From: Phoronis australis
Taxonomy: Eukaryota; Animalia; Phoronida
Assembly: GCA_002633005.1 (NCBI GenBank)
Contig: NMRA01000136.1
Coordinates: forward strand, 770,944 to 834,943
DNA length: 64,000 bases
Direction of reading: 5' to 3'
The position numbers and the translations under genes were made by a program. Below, in pieces: positions 59,536-64,000 of the stretch. Numbering within the stretch: the stretch's first letter is position 1; each line of letters opens with the position of its first letter. The notes beneath the pieces are model-generated. The model searched no databases, had not been told where the DNA came from, and was given only the letters and a program-made list of their open reading frames with translations.

Positions 59536-60698
59536 TTACATTTCATAACATTCCACTGTACTTTGTGAAACTTTGTTTCTGTTAGATTTCAATTTGTACA
59601 TGGCTCTTACTAAAAGAACAATCAACAACAGTCCAATAAATCCCAAAACTATCCCCAATCCAATCCACAGTTTATATGATGTGTCATTGTCACTATTCGT
59701 ATTCAGTGTTGTATCCTCTGTAGAGATCCCAATTCCTGTAACTTGTGTAATTTTTGTCGTTATGTTAGCACTAATGAAGAGATTCCGCCCCGTAGTGCCA
59801 GCATAAGGGTTACTTACTGTCCAATGACTAGATGAATTTGTTTTTGGCATGGTTTGACCATTGACATTTGTGGAATGCGTGGACATTTGATTCACCCCGT
59901 CCGTTGCACTTGAGTATACCAATGTAGTCTTCTCATATCCGTCTGCTGATGTCTCTCTTGTCATTTCCTTATGTCCCTTGGCTGACGTCTCTTTTGTTAT
60001 CTGCTTATATCTGTAAGCTGAAGTCTCTCTTGTGGATTGCTTATTTCCATCTGTTGATGTCTCTCTTGTTCTTTCCATGTATCCGTCTGCTGATGTGTCT
60101 TTTGTCTGCTTGTAGGTGACTGCTGATATCTCTCTTGTTGTCTGCTTATATCCGTCTGCTGATGTCTCTTTTGTCATCTGCTTATATCCATCTACTGATG
60201 TCTCTCTTGTGGTTCCTTTTCTCTGTTTACTCATTGCTTCTGTTGTGCCAGATTCCAACTTGGTCATTCTTGTCCCCGTTGCCTTGGTCTGCTTTTCTTG
60301 AGATGCTGGCATTGTTGTTTCATTGTGGCAAAGAGGCACTGGTGATGTCTTGCCAGTTTCCACTGAATCACCATTGGTACTTATTACTTCAGAGGTGTAT
60401 GGTTTGCTAGTGCTTCCTTCATAACTCTTTGTTATACTGGTGACAATTTCAGTCTTGGCTCGTTTGCTTGTGGTTTTGTTTCTCTTGGACATTGTAGACT
60501 CTGTTGGATGGCGGACACTGATTTTTTGTTCTGTTGCAGTCTTGCCAGAAGCAGAGAATGATGCAGTTGATTTTATTGTTGGTATTAGCTTGCTGGTTGA
60601 CATATCGGCGCTGGTTGATACTTCCGGAATCTCAACAATAGTGGTTGAGGGCATTTTGATTACTCTGGTTGTGTATGATTGAAGTGTTGATGAAACAC
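59536..60698 (-). CDS. Nested LRR-Ig receptor, exon 2: T/S-rich mucin-like stalk, TM helix, short cytoplasmic tail
   Basis: ttttag acceptor at 60699-60701, phase 1, in frame with ORF 59536-60711. Eight ~12-aa T(R/K)ETSADGYKQx repeats; TM LWIGLGIVLGFIGLLLIVLLV followed by basic residues. Confidence 0.88.
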
Positions 60699-60810
60699 CT
60701 AAAATAAACAAAACACTCGCATTCAGGCAAAAAGAGGCACATAATGTCTCAAATCAAAATTGCTTAAACAAAGTGCTTGATTCGCCCCAGTTTTATTGGA
60801 ACTAAATTAC

Positions 60811-61693
60811 CTTTGACTACTTTAACTTGTACAGCTGCAGATGTTACCCCCACTTCTTGTGTGGCAGCAGTGCATAAGTAGTTACCAGTCATGTCATTCT
60901 TTGCTGCATTCATTGTCAACACAGCAGCCATTTCTGTTTTTGACGGGTTAGCTGGCGAGGGAAAGTCTTGTGATGTATAGTTTGGAAGCATCCAATTTAC
61001 TGTTGGAATGGGATCCCCACTTACTTCACACACTAGTGAAAAGGAGTGACCTTCAATGGCATACATAATGTCATTGTGTTTAAAAATTTTTATCTCTGGC
61101 TTTCTACACTTAAAGGCTGCTGCACTTGAGGAGATTCTTGTCGGTGTTGCACACGAAAAATTATAACCTTTGATCCACTTTAACAAACAGTTGCAGTGCC
61201 ATGGATTGCCATCTAACAACAGTGTTGTGTTCTTTAACATTTCTTGTAAACTGTCTTCAAATGTCTGAAATAAATTATTTCTGATATTCAGACTATGCAA
61301 AGAAAGACCTGCCAGCATTCCTTGGGTAAAGGTTTTCAATGCATTTTCACTGAGATCCAAATGTCGAAGTTTGGTGAATATGATGAAAGCTTGGTTTTCG
61401 ATTATCTCCAGACTGCTGTTAGAAATTTTTAGCGTGGAAATGTGATTCATTTCTTTCGATCCTGCGAAGGTAATGTTCCTCTGATCTGTTAGTTCGATTT
61501 GAAGATGTGAAACGTTGCGGGGAATTGTAGGCAAGCAGTGAAGGTAATTTAGTCGACATTTGTAAACTTGGGGGTCACTTAATATGCATTCGCTGTAACA
61601 CATTGCTTTTGTCAAACTGTGCGTTGTAAACACAAGCAGTATTAGTATAGAAGCTCTTTGTACTTTTTCCATTGTTGCACTTATGATGTCCAT
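60811..61693 (-). CDS. Nested LRR-Ig receptor, exon 1: signal peptide, LRRNT, LRRs, LRRCT, Ig domain
   Basis: ASILILLVFTTHSLTKA signal-like segment; LRHLDLSENAL and LHSLNIRNN LRRs; NPWHCNCLLKW LRRCT; LVCEVSGDPIPTVNW...GNYLCTA Ig; G|GTAATT donor, 112-nt intron. Confidence 0.9.
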
Positions 61694-61765
61694 TCATAGC
61701 AAGTTGTAGAATAGTTCTGTGGTACGGTTGATTATTGATGTCTGTTCTTCAGAAATTTGGCTTCT

Positions 61766-61904
61766 TGATTTGATGTTCTCACTTGGCCAGTACTCTTGTT
61801 CCTGATTTCATTCAGCTAGTGTTCTCACTTGGCCAATACTCTTGTTCCTGATTTGATGTTCTCACTTGGCCAGTACTCTTGTTCCTGATTTCATTCAGCT
61901 AGTT
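61766..61904. repeat. Compound tandem repeat just upstream of the LRR-Ig ATG
   Basis: Three copies of gttctcacttggcca(g/a)tactcttgttcctgattt with alternating spacers. Confidence 0.85.
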
Positions 61905-62863
61905 TTCTCTGTTTCATTCTGCCATTTCATGCCTTCTCTTTGTGTTTCTTACTGAATCTAATCTCAAATGGGTCCTGTTGAGTGAGACCCATGCTATTTA
62001 TATCCACGTTTTAAACCTTGTTACGGGATTAATAGGTTAGCGTAGCACAAGGGATAAAAACTAGCCAGAGTCCAGGCACCCTTGATTAAAGATTCCACAG
62101 GATGGATAGTTTTGCTATGATACAGTAGACTCCCCAAGTTGTTATTAAGGACAACATAGTGAAAATATAAGATTTTTAGAAGATGAGTAAAACAAGTCGC
62201 AGGTATCTTTTTAAGTTGATGATCGCTAAAGGAGTTTGCAATGTAATTGTTTTCTAGTGTAGTGTGTCCGCTTTCGTAGACGATTGCCAAAATATGTTGG
62301 GATAGATAGTAGTGTTCCATGTACTTGGACTGAAATGTTTTACAGGTAATGTAATATGAATTTATTTCATAATTTCATAATAAATTTCATTTCAGTGACT
62401 TGTTTGTGTTGCAAAGCAAATGCTCAATATCTGTCCTATTTTATCAGTTGTAAGTTGTCAAATATTTTAATTTCATAATAGGATTAAGATTGCATTTATG
62501 GATAGTGAGTGTTGGGATATTATCTGGATATTATCTTTCCCATGACAAGAATTTCTGTGCACTGACATGCTTTCCCATCAATTTTTTCTGCAACATTTAT
62601 TCCTTCAAGCCACTGACAGTCTCTGAAATCGCATTGCTGGGGGTTTTCCTAGTTTTTGTGTTTAGTTTACCCAGAGAACAGTTTCGTTACATTTTTTTAA
62701 TATCGAGCTTTTACCGAGTATGAAGGGCAAAACCACTGTCTTGTATGTAACCTTGTTTAGGGCATTCCATTTTCCCAGTGAATGCAGTTCCTAATACGTG
62801 AATAAGCGTGTGTTTACCTCACCCACTGCATTAACTCACATGCACAATCATGTCCTTTTGCAG

Positions 62864-63035
62864 GCACCCATTATTCCCTTTGTTGGCCTTATTGTTTGAG
62901 AAGTGTGAACAGGCCAGTCAGACACCAGATTGTCCGTCATCAGAGAGTTTTGACGTCGACATCCAGTCATTTGTACGTCACCAAGAGAAGGATCAACAGC
63001 CCTTCTTCAGTGAGGACCCAGAGTTGGATGGTCTT
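62864..63035 (+). CDS. PKNOX: PKNOX/Prep exon (MEIS/PKNOX N-terminal domain)
   Basis: HPLFPLLALLFEKCEQASQTPDCPSSESFDVDIQSFVRHQEKDQQPFFSEDPELDGL; CAG acceptor, GTAAGT donor. Confidence 0.95.
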
Positions 63036-63397
63036 GTAAGTTGAGTGTGTGTAAGAAGGGCAGAGTTCAAATTTAATGCACAGAATCCTGCGTTCAAGGT
63101 CTTCGATGGACTGGAAAATTTGTCACGGTCTGCTGAAATTGAAATGTGGAGACTTGTTTCAGTTGATGATGGAGTAATGAATATTTTCAAACTGCTTAAA
63201 AAACTTTGAAGTGTTTTGTTGAGTCATTCGATGTTCTTGTTAATAACATAAGTAGAGAGCAAAGTGCTGTATTTGGTTTTTCGGTTTTTATCTTGAGAAA
63301 TGGGGTGAAGTGCAGCTATAGGTGGCAGCTTAGTACATGAATGGAGGAATCATTTTGAAAAATCCTTCTTTACTTGAAAGCTGCCTCTTTTTTTCAG

Positions 63398-63500
63398 ATG
63401 GTCAAGGCGATACAGGTCCTACGCATCCACCTGTTGGAACTGGAGAAAGTGAATGAGCTCTGTAAGGACTTCTGTAGTCGTTACATCTCATGTCTTAAAG
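63398..63500 (+). CDS. PKNOX: PKNOX/Prep exon (MEIS-B motif)
   Basis: [34 protein letters not shown]; these residues are PKNOX-type rather than MEIS-type (RFH/HELCDNF). Confidence 0.95.
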
Positions 63501-63927
63501 GTATATTCTTGACATCAATTGAATGGAAATAACCATTTTGTAATGCATTATATCGAGGATTGATCTGCAGTTAAATTTGGACAAACCTGTCACTTTAAAT
63601 CAAATGCTAATTTGTTGTATTTTAAATAAGACAAAAGGATTTTACCCTGGCCACAAGCAAGGGTGGCGCTGCATGGGGCTTTAGCATAATGTTATGTACT
63701 GTTCCTGACTAGTGCATAAGCCTACTGTAACACCAGTGTTGGTATTCATGCTTCAGTGCATTCCATTGTCAACCAACTTTTTTACTCGCAGCTATTTTGT
63801 CTTGCTAGATTCATTAAATGAATATTTATGAATTCCAAAGTTTAATTTGAAGGGAAAATAAACTAACTTTCATTCAGAAAAGTTAATGTTCCTGCAAAAA
63901 ATCTTAAAACTGACTTGTATTTTGAAG

Positions 63928-64000
63928 GTAAACTTCAGAGTGAGAACATTCTTCGAATGGATGGTGATGACTCACCAGTGAGCACACCTCAGCTAGTAAC
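63928..64000 (+). CDS. PKNOX: PKNOX/Prep exon, 3' end uncertain or beyond the window; homeodomain not in the window
   Basis: ttttgaag acceptor, phase 1: GKLQSENILRMDGDDSP... Confidence 0.8.

Overview
AT-rich, intron-rich animal genomic DNA, probably from an invertebrate (the organism cannot be fixed from sequence alone). I assembled four genes by hand from GT-AG splice sites and reading-phase continuity. (1) The 3' end of a divergent dynein heavy chain-family gene (+, exons 624-913 and 2771-3669) that continues into a ~300-aa acidic tail. (2) A complete vinculin gene (-, ATG at 51226 to stop at 7199; 21 core coding exons, ~991 aa) plus three frame-preserving candidate cassette exons: 774 nt and 198 nt in the proline-rich hinge and 39 nt in the tail. 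(3) The 5' part of a PKNOX/Prep TALE-class gene (+), head-to-head with vinculin and running off the window. (4) A two-exon LRR-Ig-mucin stalk-TM receptor gene nested antisense in a PKNOX intron. Introns carry several MITE-like elements and many minisatellites, some of which duplicate splice junctions. Most ORFs in the supplied track are intronic noise.
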